64,000 nt of DNA, from assembly GCA_964414675.1 (NCBI GenBank), contig CAYPYF010000003.1:11696-75695 (forward strand), written 5' to 3'. This DNA is from an uncultured Dehalococcoidaceae bacterium. GTDB lineage: Bacteria; Chloroflexota; Dehalococcoidia; UBA2979. Each line of letters starts with the position of its first letter. Within the stretch, counting starts at the first letter, position 1. The notes under the pieces are model-generated. The model did not search any database and was not told the DNA's origin. It worked only from the letters and a program-made list of their open reading frames with translations. The position numbers were made by a program, and so were the translations under genes. Shown here in pieces: positions 38,904-48,876 of this stretch.

Positions 38904-39884
38904 ATGGAGGTTCAGGTGGCGGTAGCCCAACCTACGGGTGATGTCCCCCGCGCGACGCTGGCCGAGTCCGTGAAGCGGCGGCGTGTCGGTGCGTTCTGGG
39001 AGTCGGTGGTCGAGGCCGTCATCTACGGGACAGGGTTGTTCACCATCGTCCTGCTGATCGGGATCCTCCTCCTGCTTGGCCAGCAGGGACTCCGGCTCTT
39101 CGTCGAGATGGACTACTCCTTCTCGCGGTTCCTCACGTTTAACAACGCGATCACGGAGAACACCTCCGACCCGGAGAAGTTTCGCTTCGGCATCCTCGCG
39201 CCGCTGGTCGCCAGCCTCTGGGTGACCCTGGTCACCATGGTCATCGCCGTCCCGCTGGGACTCGCGACCGCGGTCTACATCTCCGAGCTGGCGCCCCCGC
39301 GCCTGCGCCTCTTCATCAAGTCTGGCGCGGAACTGCTGGCGGGCGTCCCCACTGTGCTGTTCGGGTTCGTCGGCCTGTTCCTCCTCGTGCCGTTTGTGCG
39401 GGATCAGTTCGGCTGGGGCGCCGGCGGCATGTCCGGGATGACGGCCGGTATCGTGGTCGCGTTCATCGCCGTGCCGTTGATCATCTCGATCGCGGACGAC
39501 GCGCTGCAGGCCGTGCCCCTGGACTTCAAGGAGAACGCCTACGCCCTGGGGTGCAACAAGCTCCAGGCCATCTGGTTTGTGATCATGCCGGCGGCCATCT
39601 CCGGGATCACCGCCGCGGTCATGCTCGGCATGGCGCGTGCCATCGGCGAGACGATGACAGTCCTGATCCTCGCCGGGGGTAACTCATCGGTGCCCGAGGG
39701 GCCAACGGAGTCGATGCGGACGATGACCGCGACGATCGCATCCGGCTTCGGGAACGCCTCGAACTTCTCGCTGCTCCGCCCGGCGCTCTTCATGACCGGC
39801 GCGGTGCTCTTCCTGATCACGCTGGCCACCACCATGATCGCGGACCTGGTCCTGGACAAGCAGCGGAAGCGGTTCGCCCGATGA
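38904..39884 (+). CDS. pstC: Phosphate ABC transporter permease PstC
   Basis: PstC-type permease. Start placed after the hairpin at Met 38904; the longest ORF begins at 38796. Confidence 0.75.
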   Translation: MEVQVAVAQPTGDVPRATLAESVKRRRVGAFWESVVEAVIYGTGLFTIVLLIGILLLLGQQGLRLFVEMDYSFSRFLTFNNAITENTSDPEKFRFGILAPLVASLWVTLVTMVIAVPLGLATAVYISELAPPRLRLFIKSGAELLAGVPTVLFGFVGLFLLVPFVRDQFGWGAGGMSGMTAGIVVAFIAVPLIISIADDALQAVPLDFKENAYALGCNKLQAIWFVIMPAAISGITAAVMLGMARAIGETMTVLILAGGNSSVPEGPTESMRTMTATIASGFGNASNFSLLRPALFMTGAVLFLITLATTMIADLVLDKQRKRFAR

Positions 39885-40792
39885 CCAGCGCACCTACCGA
39901 CAGCTGGCTGCAGACCACCCCGGAGGGCCGGCGGAAGAACCTGGTCCAGAACCTGGTGTTCGCGATGACGATCGTCGCGACGATCATCGTGCTCACCCCG
40001 ATCGTCATCGTCACCGGCTACGTCCTCCGTGAGGGCTTCAGCGCCATCACCCCGGAGTTCCTCTTCGAAGGCCCCCGCCGCGATGGCGCGGAGGGCGGCA
40101 TCCTGCCGGTCATCGTCCTCACCGGTTACACGCTCATCCTCGTCGTGATCCTCGCGGTGCCGTTCGGCGTCGGGTCGGCGGTCTTCCTGTCGGAGTACGC
40201 GCGGCCGGGTAAGTTGCTGCGCTTCATCAACCTCACGATCATCAACCTCGCCGGCGTGCCCTCGATCGTCTACGGGCTGTTCGGCGCTGCCTTCTTCCTC
40301 GACCTCCTCGGTGGCTCGAAGAGCCTGTGGGTGGTCTCTGCCACGCTCGCGCTCCAGGCGCTGGCGATCATCATCACGAGTTCCCGCGAGTCGCTGATCG
40401 CGGTCAGCCGAGGCATCCGCGAGGGCTCGCTCGCGCTCGGTGTCTCGCGACTGCGGACCACCACGTTCATTACGCTGCCGCAGGCGCTTCCCGGCATCAT
40501 CACCGGCGTGCTCCTCGCCATCAGCCGCGCCGCCGGCGAGACGGCGCCGGTCATCGTGGTGGGCGCCATCATCGCGAAGAACGTGAACCTCTCTCCCACG
40601 GCCGTCATCAACGAGCGCGCGCAGGCGCTCTCGTTCGAACTCTACGGACGCATTGTCGAAGGCATCGGGTACCCCGAGGAGCGAAAGTGGGGCATCGCCC
40701 TCGTGCTCCTCACCCTGGTGCTGATGTTCAACGTGGCCGCGCTGATCCTCCGCTGGAGGATCTCGCAACTCGGCTCCGTCAGGAGGAACTAA
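39881..40792 (+). CDS. pstA: Phosphate ABC transporter permease PstA
   Basis: PstA-type permease, overlapping pstC and pstB. Confidence 0.8.
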   Translation: MTSAPTDSWLQTTPEGRRKNLVQNLVFAMTIVATIIVLTPIVIVTGYVLREGFSAITPEFLFEGPRRDGAEGGILPVIVLTGYTLILVVILAVPFGVGSAVFLSEYARPGKLLRFINLTIINLAGVPSIVYGLFGAAFFLDLLGGSKSLWVVSATLALQALAIIITSSRESLIAVSRGIREGSLALGVSRLRTTTFITLPQALPGIITGVLLAISRAAGETAPVIVVGAIIAKNVNLSPTAVINERAQALSFELYGRIVEGIGYPEERKWGIALVLLTLVLMFNVAALILRWRISQLGSVRRN

Positions 40793-41685
40793 TGACCAAC
40801 GAGACTTCCACCGACCCGATCGTGGAGCAGGTCCGCATGCACGGCGGTGGGGTGGACGTGAAGACCACCGTTGCGGCGGCCCACGCCGCCTCCCCCAAGA
40901 AGGGGACCGCAGGGGACGTTGCGCTCCGTCTCGAGGGCGTCGGCGTCTGGTACGGCGCCCACCAGGCGGTCGCCGATGTCTCCTTTGACATCTACGCGAA
41001 GGCCACCACGGCGCTCATCGGACCCTCGGGCTGCGGCAAGAGCACGCTCCTGCGTTCGTTCAACCGCATGAACGACCTGATCCCCGGCGCGCGCGTCACG
41101 GGCAAGATCAGCATCGAAGGCACGGACATCTACTCAAGGGAAGTCGACGCGGTGCAGTTGCGCCGTCACGTCGGCATGGTCTTCCAGAAGCCGAACCCGT
41201 TCCCCATGTCGATCCGGGAGAACATCGCGTTCGGCCCCAAGCGGCTGGGCCTGGTCTCCTCCAAGGCCCAGATGACCGAACTCATCGAGCAGTCGCTCCG
41301 CGAGGCGGCGCTCTGGGACGAGGTGAAGGACAAGCTGGATGAGCCGGGCACCTCGCTCTCCGGCGGCCAGCAGCAGCGCCTCTGCATCGCACGCGTCCTC
41401 GCCGTCCGGCCGGACGTGATCCTGATGGACGAGCCGTGTTCCGCCCTCGACCCGATCGCGACGCTGAAGATCGAAGACCTGATGCGGACCCTCGCGCGGG
41501 ACTACACCATCGTCGTCGTCACCCACAACATGCAGCAGGCTGCGCGCGTCTCGGACTGGACGGCCTTCCTGCTCGCGGGCGAGGAGCGGACCGGCAAGCT
41601 CATCGAGTACAGCCCCACCGAGGAGCTCTTCACCAACCCGAGCGACAAGCGCACCGAGGACTACATCACCGGCCGCTTCGGCTAG
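40792..41685 (+). CDS. pstB: Phosphate ABC transporter ATP-binding protein
   Basis: Walker [33 protein letters not shown] precedes the start. Confidence 0.85.
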   Translation: MTNETSTDPIVEQVRMHGGGVDVKTTVAAAHAASPKKGTAGDVALRLEGVGVWYGAHQAVADVSFDIYAKATTALIGPSGCGKSTLLRSFNRMNDLIPGARVTGKISIEGTDIYSREVDAVQLRRHVGMVFQKPNPFPMSIRENIAFGPKRLGLVSSKAQMTELIEQSLREAALWDEVKDKLDEPGTSLSGGQQQRLCIARVLAVRPDVILMDEPCSALDPIATLKIEDLMRTLARDYTIVVVTHNMQQAARVSDWTAFLLAGEERTGKLIEYSPTEELFTNPSDKRTEDYITGRFG

Positions 41686-41802
41686 CCGGCGCCTCGCGGA
41701 TCCCCGGGGCGGCTGTCCCCAGCGAGCACCTTGGGGTCAAGCGTGCAAGCCGTTATCATCCATAGTCATTCTTCCCGGCGGGGGAGATGAGATGGGGCTC
41801 GC

Positions 41803-42468
41803 ATGGCGCGGGAGGCCTTCACAAAACAACTGTCCCATCTACAGGATCTCGTCCTGGAGATGGGGTCGATGGTCGACCGCGCGGTCGACCGGTCGATGAC
41901 GGCGCTCCTCGATCGCGATGCCGAGCTCGCTCGCTCCGTCGTGGAGGGCGACAAGGTCGTCAACTCCAAGAACTTCGAGTGCCAGAACGAGGTGATCTCC
42001 CTGATCACCCAGCAGGCCCCCATGGCCCGCGACCTGCGCCTCGTCGTCTCCGTCGCCGCGATCATGACCGACCTCGAGCGCATGGGAGACCACGCCGAGG
42101 GCATCGCCCGCATCGTGATCATGATGCAGGACGAACCCCTCGTGAAGCCGCTCATCGACATCCCGATCATGGCTGGCCACGCCCGCGAGATGCTCCGCGA
42201 CTCGATCCAGGCGTTCGTCGACCAGGATGTGGACGCGGCCTACCGCGTCGGCAACCGGGACGACGAGGTGGACAGCCTGTACGACCGCATCTACCAGGAC
42301 CTCATCCAGATCATGATCGGCGACCCCTCGACCATCGAGCCGTCGACGCACCTGCTCTGGGTCGCCCACAACCTGGAGCGCATCGCGGACCGCGCGACGA
42401 ACATCGCGGAGCGCACGGTGTACTCCGCCACCGGCAACCTCCCGCAGATGGACGTCTCCTCGTACTAG
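41803..42468 (+). CDS. phoU: PhoU family protein (copy 2)
   Basis: Two PhoU repeats; paralogous to copy 1. Confidence 0.8.
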   Translation: MAREAFTKQLSHLQDLVLEMGSMVDRAVDRSMTALLDRDAELARSVVEGDKVVNSKNFECQNEVISLITQQAPMARDLRLVVSVAAIMTDLERMGDHAEGIARIVIMMQDEPLVKPLIDIPIMAGHAREMLRDSIQAFVDQDVDAAYRVGNRDDEVDSLYDRIYQDLIQIMIGDPSTIEPSTHLLWVAHNLERIADRATNIAERTVYSATGNLPQMDVSSY

Positions 42469-42562
42469 CCCCCTCCGAGGGCTGCGCATCGTGACGACGC
42501 CTGCCGGGGCGTCCCGCTGTGTCGTATCCTGTGACTCCGCTCCCGGGGTCGGGAAACACCAC

Positions 42563-43576
42563 ATGCGCTCATCCTCCAGGACGTACTCGCGCCGCCGCTT
42601 CCTCGGCGTCGCCGCTGGCGGCAGCGTTGCTGCGGCCGCCGGCGCGCTTCTCGCTGGCTGCACCGCCGAGGACGATCCCGCCGTCGACGCACGCGCGGCG
42701 AGTCCGACCGGGGTCGCTCCTACCGCCGAGGCCACCGCGCTCGCGGCACGCGCGACCGCCTCGCCGACATCCACGCCCACACCTACGCCGTCACCCCGTC
42801 CGCGCGGCCGCGAGGATGTCGTGCTCATGGCCGGGACCGAGTGGGAGGCGACCGGCACCATCCACCACTCCGGCCTGGACGGCCCGCGCGTGATGGTGCT
42901 TGGCGGTGTGCACGGCAACGAGCCCGGCGGCTGGATGGGCGCTGAGGCCGTCGCCGACTGGGACGTCCAGCGCGGCTCGATCATCGTCCTGCCGCGACTG
43001 AACTGGCGCTCGGCCGCGGCCTTCGAGCGCACCCTCGACGGCTTCGGTGACCTCAACCGCCTCTACCCGGGCCACCCCGAGGGCCTGCCGATGGCGCGCA
43101 TGGCCGCCGAGGTGACCGCCCTCGCCGAGTACTGGCGCCCGCTCTTCCTCTGGGACATGCACGAGTCATGGGGCTTCTTCAACGAGCGTGGTGCGAACGG
43201 CGGCACGGCATTCATCGGTCAGACCGTCACCACCGCCGACACTCCCGGCGGCGCCGTCGTCCAGCAGGTCGTCGGGCGCGTCAACGCCGCGATCTCCGAG
43301 CGCGAGGCGTTCTCGATGCGCTCGCGACCCGGTGGGGTCTTCGGCGCTGGCGGCCCGGACCCCGTCCCGAACCGCACGCCGACGCCCGAGGAGCTCGCGC
43401 AGCGCACGCTGCCGGACGGGACACGAGGATCGTCGTCGCTCAGCATGGGCCGCTTCGTCTCCGGGGTGAGCCCCGTGCTCGTCGAGATGGGCCAGATGGA
43501 CCAGCCGGAGACGCGCCGCTCCGAGCTTCATCAGCTCCTGATGCGCGAACTGCTCACGGACCTGAGGATGCTCTAG
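42563..43576 (+). CDS. Tat-secreted succinylglutamate desuccinylase/aspartoacylase (AstE/AspA) family zinc hydrolase
   Basis: Tat motif SRRRFLGVAAGG and GGVHGNEP zinc-binding motif. Confidence 0.65.
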   Translation: MRSSSRTYSRRRFLGVAAGGSVAAAAGALLAGCTAEDDPAVDARAASPTGVAPTAEATALAARATASPTSTPTPTPSPRPRGREDVVLMAGTEWEATGTIHHSGLDGPRVMVLGGVHGNEPGGWMGAEAVADWDVQRGSIIVLPRLNWRSAAAFERTLDGFGDLNRLYPGHPEGLPMARMAAEVTALAEYWRPLFLWDMHESWGFFNERGANGGTAFIGQTVTTADTPGGAVVQQVVGRVNAAISEREAFSMRSRPGGVFGAGGPDPVPNRTPTPEELAQRTLPDGTRGSSSLSMGRFVSGVSPVLVEMGQMDQPETRRSELHQLLMRELLTDLRML

Positions 43577-43669
43577 GCCCGCTGCGGGCGGCGCAAAGTC
43601 CGCGCAAGGGTCGCGTGCTACCGTGCCGTTCCTGACTCTGGACTGCGGATCTGCTGGAAGGTGCCTGAC

Positions 43670-44563
43670 ATGAAGTTCGCCGCGTGGCTCAATCTCTCGA
43701 CCCCGTGGGAGGCCGTCCTCGACCAGGCGAAGCATGTCGAGGCGACCGGCTGGGACGGCATCTACCTCGCGGACCACTTCATGCCCAACCAGGAGGACAC
43801 CAGCGGCCCCACGCAGGAGTGCTGGACGTCCATGGCCGCCGTCGCTGCTTCCACCTCGCGGGTGCGCATCGGCTCGCTCGTCACCGGCAACACCTACCGG
43901 CACCCGGCCGTCCTCGCGAAGATGGCGGCGCAGGTGGACATCATCTCCGGCGGCCGCGTCGTCCTCGGCCTCGGCGCCGGCTGGCAGCGCAACGAGCACG
44001 AGGCGTACGGCATCGACTTCCTCACCCTTGGCGGGCGCATGCGCCGCCTGGAGGAGAGCGCGCAGGTCATCAAGTCGCTGTTCCAGAACGATGTCACCAA
44101 CTTCGAGGGCCGTGCCTACACGCTGACCAACGCCCCGCTCGCCCCGAAGCCAGTCCAGGCCGGTGGGCCGCCGCTGCTCATCGGCGGCGGCGGCGAGCAG
44201 CGGACCCTGAGGATCGCCGCGCTCTACGCGGACGAGTGGAACGTCTGGGGCTCGCCCGAGACGCTGGCGCACAAGGGCTCCGTCCTCGAACGACACTGCG
44301 AGGAGGTCGGCCGCGACCCGAAGAGCATCCGGCACTCCGCGCAGGCGATGGTGACGATCTCGGACGACCCGAAGGTCGTCGAGGCGGCGCGCCAGCCGGG
44401 CCGCCCCGTCCTCGCCGGGAACGCCGCCGAGCTCGTGGACACGCTCGGACGCTACGCCGAGGCCGGTGTGGACGAGTTCATCGTCCCCAACTTCAACTTC
44501 GGACGCGGCTCCAAGGACACCTACGACCGCCTGATGTCAGACGTCATCCCGCAGCTCCGCTAG
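43670..44563 (+). CDS. LLM-class (luciferase-like) F420/flavin-dependent oxidoreductase
   Basis: LLM fold similarity (GLGAGW...). Confidence 0.7.
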   Translation: MKFAAWLNLSTPWEAVLDQAKHVEATGWDGIYLADHFMPNQEDTSGPTQECWTSMAAVAASTSRVRIGSLVTGNTYRHPAVLAKMAAQVDIISGGRVVLGLGAGWQRNEHEAYGIDFLTLGGRMRRLEESAQVIKSLFQNDVTNFEGRAYTLTNAPLAPKPVQAGGPPLLIGGGGEQRTLRIAALYADEWNVWGSPETLAHKGSVLERHCEEVGRDPKSIRHSAQAMVTISDDPKVVEAARQPGRPVLAGNAAELVDTLGRYAEAGVDEFIVPNFNFGRGSKDTYDRLMSDVIPQLR

Positions 44564-44603
44564 CGCCAGTCCCCATCGAGGAGTCCCCGTTCCAGGAGGT
44601 CCA

Positions 44604-45419
44604 GTGACCGCTCCCTCGGACCGCTACACCCACGGCCACCACGCCTCCGTCGTCGGGCAGCACGCCCGGCGCACCGCGGAACGTGAGGCGGCGTACCTCC
44701 TCCCGAGGCTGGCGCCCGGGATGCGCTTGCTCGATGTCGGCTGCGGCCCCGGCACCATCACCACCGGCCTCGCCCGCGCCGTTGCGCCCGGCGAGACGAT
44801 CGGCATCGAGGTCGTCCCGAATGTCCTCGACCAGGCGCGCGACCACGCCGCGTCCGAGGGCGTCACGAACGTGCGGTTCGAGGAGGCGAGCGTCTACGCG
44901 CTGCCGTATGCCGACGCCACCTTCGACGTCGCGCACGCGCACCAGGTGCTCCAGCACCTCACCCAGCCCGAGGACGCCGCGCGGGAGGTGCTCCGGATCC
45001 TGAGGCCGGGCGGCCTCTTCGCCGTCCGCGACGCGGACTACGCGACGATGGTCGCGTGGCCTCGGTCGCCGCTCATCGACCGCTGGCTGGAGGTCTACCA
45101 CCAGGTCGCGACCCGCAACGAGGCGGACGCCGACGCCGGTCGCCGCCTCGGCGCGTGGCTCAAGCACGCCGGCTTCACGGACCTGGTGACGACCGGCACC
45201 GCGATGGTGTTCTCGCAGCCCGCCGACACCCAGAACTGGGGCTACTCCTGGGCAGACCGCACGGTGCACTCGGCGTTCGGCAAGCAGGCCGTCGAGTACG
45301 GTTTTGCCTCCGCCGCGGAGCTCGAGGAGATTGCCGCCGCGTGGCGCGCCTGGGCGGACCACCCCGACGCCTTCTTCTCGTACACGAACATCGAGGTCAT
45401 CGGCGTGAAGCCGGCCTAG
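44604..45419 (+). CDS. Class I SAM-dependent methyltransferase
   Basis: Motif I LLDVGCGPG. Confidence 0.75.
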   Translation: MTAPSDRYTHGHHASVVGQHARRTAEREAAYLLPRLAPGMRLLDVGCGPGTITTGLARAVAPGETIGIEVVPNVLDQARDHAASEGVTNVRFEEASVYALPYADATFDVAHAHQVLQHLTQPEDAAREVLRILRPGGLFAVRDADYATMVAWPRSPLIDRWLEVYHQVATRNEADADAGRRLGAWLKHAGFTDLVTTGTAMVFSQPADTQNWGYSWADRTVHSAFGKQAVEYGFASAAELEEIAAAWRAWADHPDAFFSYTNIEVIGVKPA

Positions 45420-45431
45420 CCGGCATCCCGG

Positions 45432-46772
45432 TCAGCGCGCGCAGAAGCGCCGCACCACCTCGAACATCACTTCGAGGCCGAGGTTGAAGTTCTCCACGGT
45501 CAGGTACTCGTCGTTCGCGTGGAAGCGATCCCGCTCTTCCTGGCTCAGCAGGCACGGGATGAACCCGTAGGACGGGATGCCCAGCGGCCTCAGGAAGCGG
45601 TTGTCCGTCCCCACGATCGCCGTCGAGGGCACCACGACGGCATCCTCGAACGCCTCGCGCAGCACGCTCTCGATGAGGCCGGACATCTCCGTGTCCCACG
45701 CCGACACCGCCGGTTCCGGCTCATGCTCGTAGATGAACGACACTTCGACGCGCGGGTCGCCGATCCGCTCGACCACCTGGCGACGCCAGTCCTCCGGGTC
45801 GGTCCCGGCGAGGAGGCGGCAGTCCACCTCGGCCTCCGCGACTGCGGGGATCACGTTGTTCTTCATCCCGGCGCGGATGATCGTCGCGTTCAGCGTGTTC
45901 GTGAACGCGGCCTCCGTGTCCGGGCTCGTCTTCACGTCCGCCTCGATCGCCCCAACGTCCGAGGCGTCCGCGATGATCCCGCCGGCCTGCAGCCGCTCGA
46001 GGTAGGCGCGGGTGGCGGAAGTCAGCTCGACGTGCCGCTCCCACGAGGCGAGGCGTTCGAGGGCGGCGATCAGTGGCAGGATCGGGTTTCCGGGGGCCGG
46101 CTTGCTGCCGTGCCCGGGCGTCCCGACCACGCGCAGGCGGAGTGGCGCCATCGCCTTCTCGGACACCGCGATCTCGAAGAGGTGTGCGTCCCGCCCGCCG
46201 AAGTCCGGCATCCCGCTCGCGCCCTCGTTCAACGAGCACTCGATGTCGAAGAGGTCGCGCCGGTGTTCCACCAGCCATGCCATCCCGAGCGCGCTCCCCG
46301 TCTCCTCGTCCGGCGCGGCGAGGAACACCACGTCCCGTGCGAGCGGCAGCCCGAGGCGCTTGAGGAGCACCATCGCGACGAGGTGCATCACTCCGACGCT
46401 CTTCATATCGATCGCGCCGCGCCCGTAGATGCGCCCGTCGCGGACCTCCGCGCCGAACGGGTCGACGCTCCAGAACTCGCGTTGCACGGGCACCACGTCC
46501 AGGTGGTTCGAGAGCATCAGCGCCCGCCGTGACCCGTCACCCGCGAGGCGCGCGACCAGCGCGACGCGCTCCGGCGCGATCTCGATGTACTCGGTGGGGA
46601 TGCCCTCGGCCTCCAGCAGCCCGCCGAGGTAACGCGCGGCCGCCTCCTCGCGCCCCGGTGGGTTCGACGTGTCGATCCGCAGGTAGGCGCGCAGGACCTC
46701 CAGCGCCTCCGCTCGCACGGAGGCCCAGTCGACCGCGGGAGTCGAGGATGGCGTGGGCTGATCGGCTGGCAT
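45432..46772 (-). CDS. M20-family metallopeptidase (dipeptidase/ArgE/DapE-like)
   Basis: Metal-binding motifs (HLDVVP..., ...GRGAIDMK...). Confidence 0.75.
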   Translation of the reverse strand: MPADQPTPSSTPAVDWASVRAEALEVLRAYLRIDTSNPPGREEAAARYLGGLLEAEGIPTEYIEIAPERVALVARLAGDGSRRALMLSNHLDVVPVQREFWSVDPFGAEVRDGRIYGRGAIDMKSVGVMHLVAMVLLKRLGLPLARDVVFLAAPDEETGSALGMAWLVEHRRDLFDIECSLNEGASGMPDFGGRDAHLFEIAVSEKAMAPLRLRVVGTPGHGSKPAPGNPILPLIAALERLASWERHVELTSATRAYLERLQAGGIIADASDVGAIEADVKTSPDTEAAFTNTLNATIIRAGMKNNVIPAVAEAEVDCRLLAGTDPEDWRRQVVERIGDPRVEVSFIYEHEPEPAVSAWDTEMSGLIESVLREAFEDAVVVPSTAIVGTDNRFLRPLGIPSYGFIPCLLSQEERDRFHANDEYLTVENFNLGLEVMFEVVRRFCAR

Positions 46773-46811
46773 TGCGCCACATCATAGGATGCGAAGCGGA
46801 GGGCAGGGCCT

Positions 46812-47303
46812 GTGACCGATCGATCAGCAGCCGAACGCGCCACCGTCGAGGTGATCCGTAGCGCCGCACAGATGCAGGACGCCTTCGGCATCCGCTTCCG
46901 CGTCTTCGTCGAGGAGCAACATGTCCCCATCGAGGAGGAAGTCGACGCCTTCGACGACCGTCCCGGCGACCGCGAGGACGTGGTGCAGGTGCTCGTCCGC
47001 CTCGACGGCGCTCCCGCGGCTACCGCCCGCCTGCTCCTCGGCCACCGTGACCCGACTGCGGACGCCTACCCCCACGTCGGCCGCGTCGCCGTCCTCGCCG
47101 ATCACCGCGGCACCGGCCTCGGTCGGGTCGTGATGGACGCCCTCCACCGCGAAGCGCGCACCCGCGGCGAGCGAGGCATCACCCTCTCCGCCCAGCTCCA
47201 CGCCATCCCGTTCTACGAGCGCCTCGGCTACGTCGCCCGTGGCCCCGTCTACCTTGACGCCGGCATCGAGCACCGCGACATGGACTACGTGTTCGAGGAC
47301 TGA
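46812..47303 (+). CDS. GNAT-family N-acetyltransferase
   Basis: Acetyl-CoA binding motif (RGTGLGRVVM). Confidence 0.7.
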   Translation: MTDRSAAERATVEVIRSAAQMQDAFGIRFRVFVEEQHVPIEEEVDAFDDRPGDREDVVQVLVRLDGAPAATARLLLGHRDPTADAYPHVGRVAVLADHRGTGLGRVVMDALHREARTRGERGITLSAQLHAIPFYERLGYVARGPVYLDAGIEHRDMDYVFED

Positions 47304-47382
47304 CCGGCGAGGCGAGCGACCTGCGGGGCTTTGCAGTTCGGCGCGACGCCGCCCGATGCGCGCGATGCCGCGGTATGCCGTC

Positions 47383-48876
47383 CTACGCGAGCCAGGCGCG
47401 CAGCCGCTCGACCGAGCCCGGGTGGCGCACGAGCGCCTGGTGCGAGACCGCGTCCGCGGGCTGGAAGACGTGGCGGTCCTGGATCGGGAAGTTCTTGCTG
47501 CCCTCGACCTCGTACACGCTGGCGGTGGGTACCATCAGGTCGTTCTTTCCACGCAGGATCAGGTCCTGGAGCGTGTCCGCGGCGTACGAGGCAAGTCCAC
47601 TGTCGGGCGCCGGCTCGAAGTCCGCGGCCAGCGCCCGATACGTCGCCTCGGCCTTCGGCGCGCCGTTCAGCGCCTTGAGGAACGCGCTGTCGGGCGCCAT
47701 CGCGGTCAGGCCCGGGAGGCCGCCTGCCGCGCCGACCGCGAGTTGCTTCACCACCGTGATCACCGTAGCCAGCACGTCCGACGCGCCCGCGTCCGGGAAC
47801 AGGTTGGCGATCGTCGTCGCCGTGTCGATGAGGTCCCCGAGGTGCTTCGGGTCAGCGAGGCGCGTGCCCGCATTCGGCGTGCCGAGGAACACGACGCGGT
47901 TCACGCGTACGCTCCCCGCCCCATCACTGCCGCCCGCGACGCCCTCGATCGTCGGCGGCTGCTCCGCCAGTACACGCGCCACCAGTCCCCCTCGAGAGTG
48001 CGCAATGACATCGAGGTCGAGCGTGACGCCGGCCGGTGCCTGCCGGAGCAACCACTCTGCATTCTCGCTCGGGTCCGCGGAGAGCGTCGGGTGGTCGAGC
48101 GCGATCACGCGACCCTCGTACCGTTCGTGGAGCCACTGGACGAAGTCCGGCGGGAGCGCACCGAACGCCGAGTGCGTCCGGCCGAGCGGCCCGTGGATCA
48201 GAAGCAGCGCGCGTCCCGCCGCGAGGCCTGCCCACGCCCCTGCCTCGATCGGTGTGACCTCGGACGAGGTGTAGTCGTCGGGCGTGAAGGTGCGCAGGCG
48301 GTACGGGCGCTTCGAGGCCTCCCAGCGGGACGCCAGCGCGTCACCCACCCGTCCCGCGATCGGATCGAGCCGCGGAAACACCAGCACCTTCAACACCCGG
48401 ATCGCGGCGGCGCCGAGGAGTCCCCGCGTCTCCGCCGGCCCCGCTGGAGGCGGGACATGGCGCGGCACCAGGTAGGTGCGCGACGCCCCGCCCCGTGTGG
48501 CCTCACCCGGTGCGCCAGCAGCCGCGATGCTCCACGATGCGACTCCCGACTCATCGACGGCGAGCAGCACTTGCTCCCAGTCAGGCCCGGGATCCGGGAC
48601 GGTGATCTCGATGGCGGGCTGTCCGAGGGCGGTGCTCCGCGTCACCCCGGCCCCGACCGGCACCTCGCGCGCCCCGACGATCTCGATCGTCTCCTGCGTC
48701 TGCATCGACTCGCCGGCGAGCACCGACTCGAGGACATCGCTCTCGCTGCTGGTGGAGCGCGTCCCGCCCGGACCGGCAGCACGCATCGTCACGCTTCCGG
48801 CCAGGCCCGGCGTGCGCAGGGTGGTACGTCCGATCTGCAGCGGCGTCCCGTTCGAGATCAGGTCAGGCATCGTCAA
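47383..48876 (-). CDS. PGAP1-like/DUF676 alpha/beta hydrolase (putative lipase/esterase) with roughly 200-aa N-terminal extension of unknown function
   Basis: Nucleophile elbow AHSRGGLVARV resembles the GHSMGG motif of PGAP1-like lipases. No signal peptide. It overlaps the upstream CHAT gene by 14 nt. Confidence 0.55.
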   Translation of the reverse strand: MTMPDLISNGTPLQIGRTTLRTPGLAGSVTMRAAGPGGTRSTSSESDVLESVLAGESMQTQETIEIVGAREVPVGAGVTRSTALGQPAIEITVPDPGPDWEQVLLAVDESGVASWSIAAAGAPGEATRGGASRTYLVPRHVPPPAGPAETRGLLGAAAIRVLKVLVFPRLDPIAGRVGDALASRWEASKRPYRLRTFTPDDYTSSEVTPIEAGAWAGLAAGRALLLIHGPLGRTHSAFGALPPDFVQWLHERYEGRVIALDHPTLSADPSENAEWLLRQAPAGVTLDLDVIAHSRGGLVARVLAEQPPTIEGVAGGSDGAGSVRVNRVVFLGTPNAGTRLADPKHLGDLIDTATTIANLFPDAGASDVLATVITVVKQLAVGAAGGLPGLTAMAPDSAFLKALNGAPKAEATYRALAADFEPAPDSGLASYAADTLQDLILRGKNDLMVPTASVYEVEGSKNFPIQDRHVFQPADAVSHQALVRHPGSVERLRAWLA

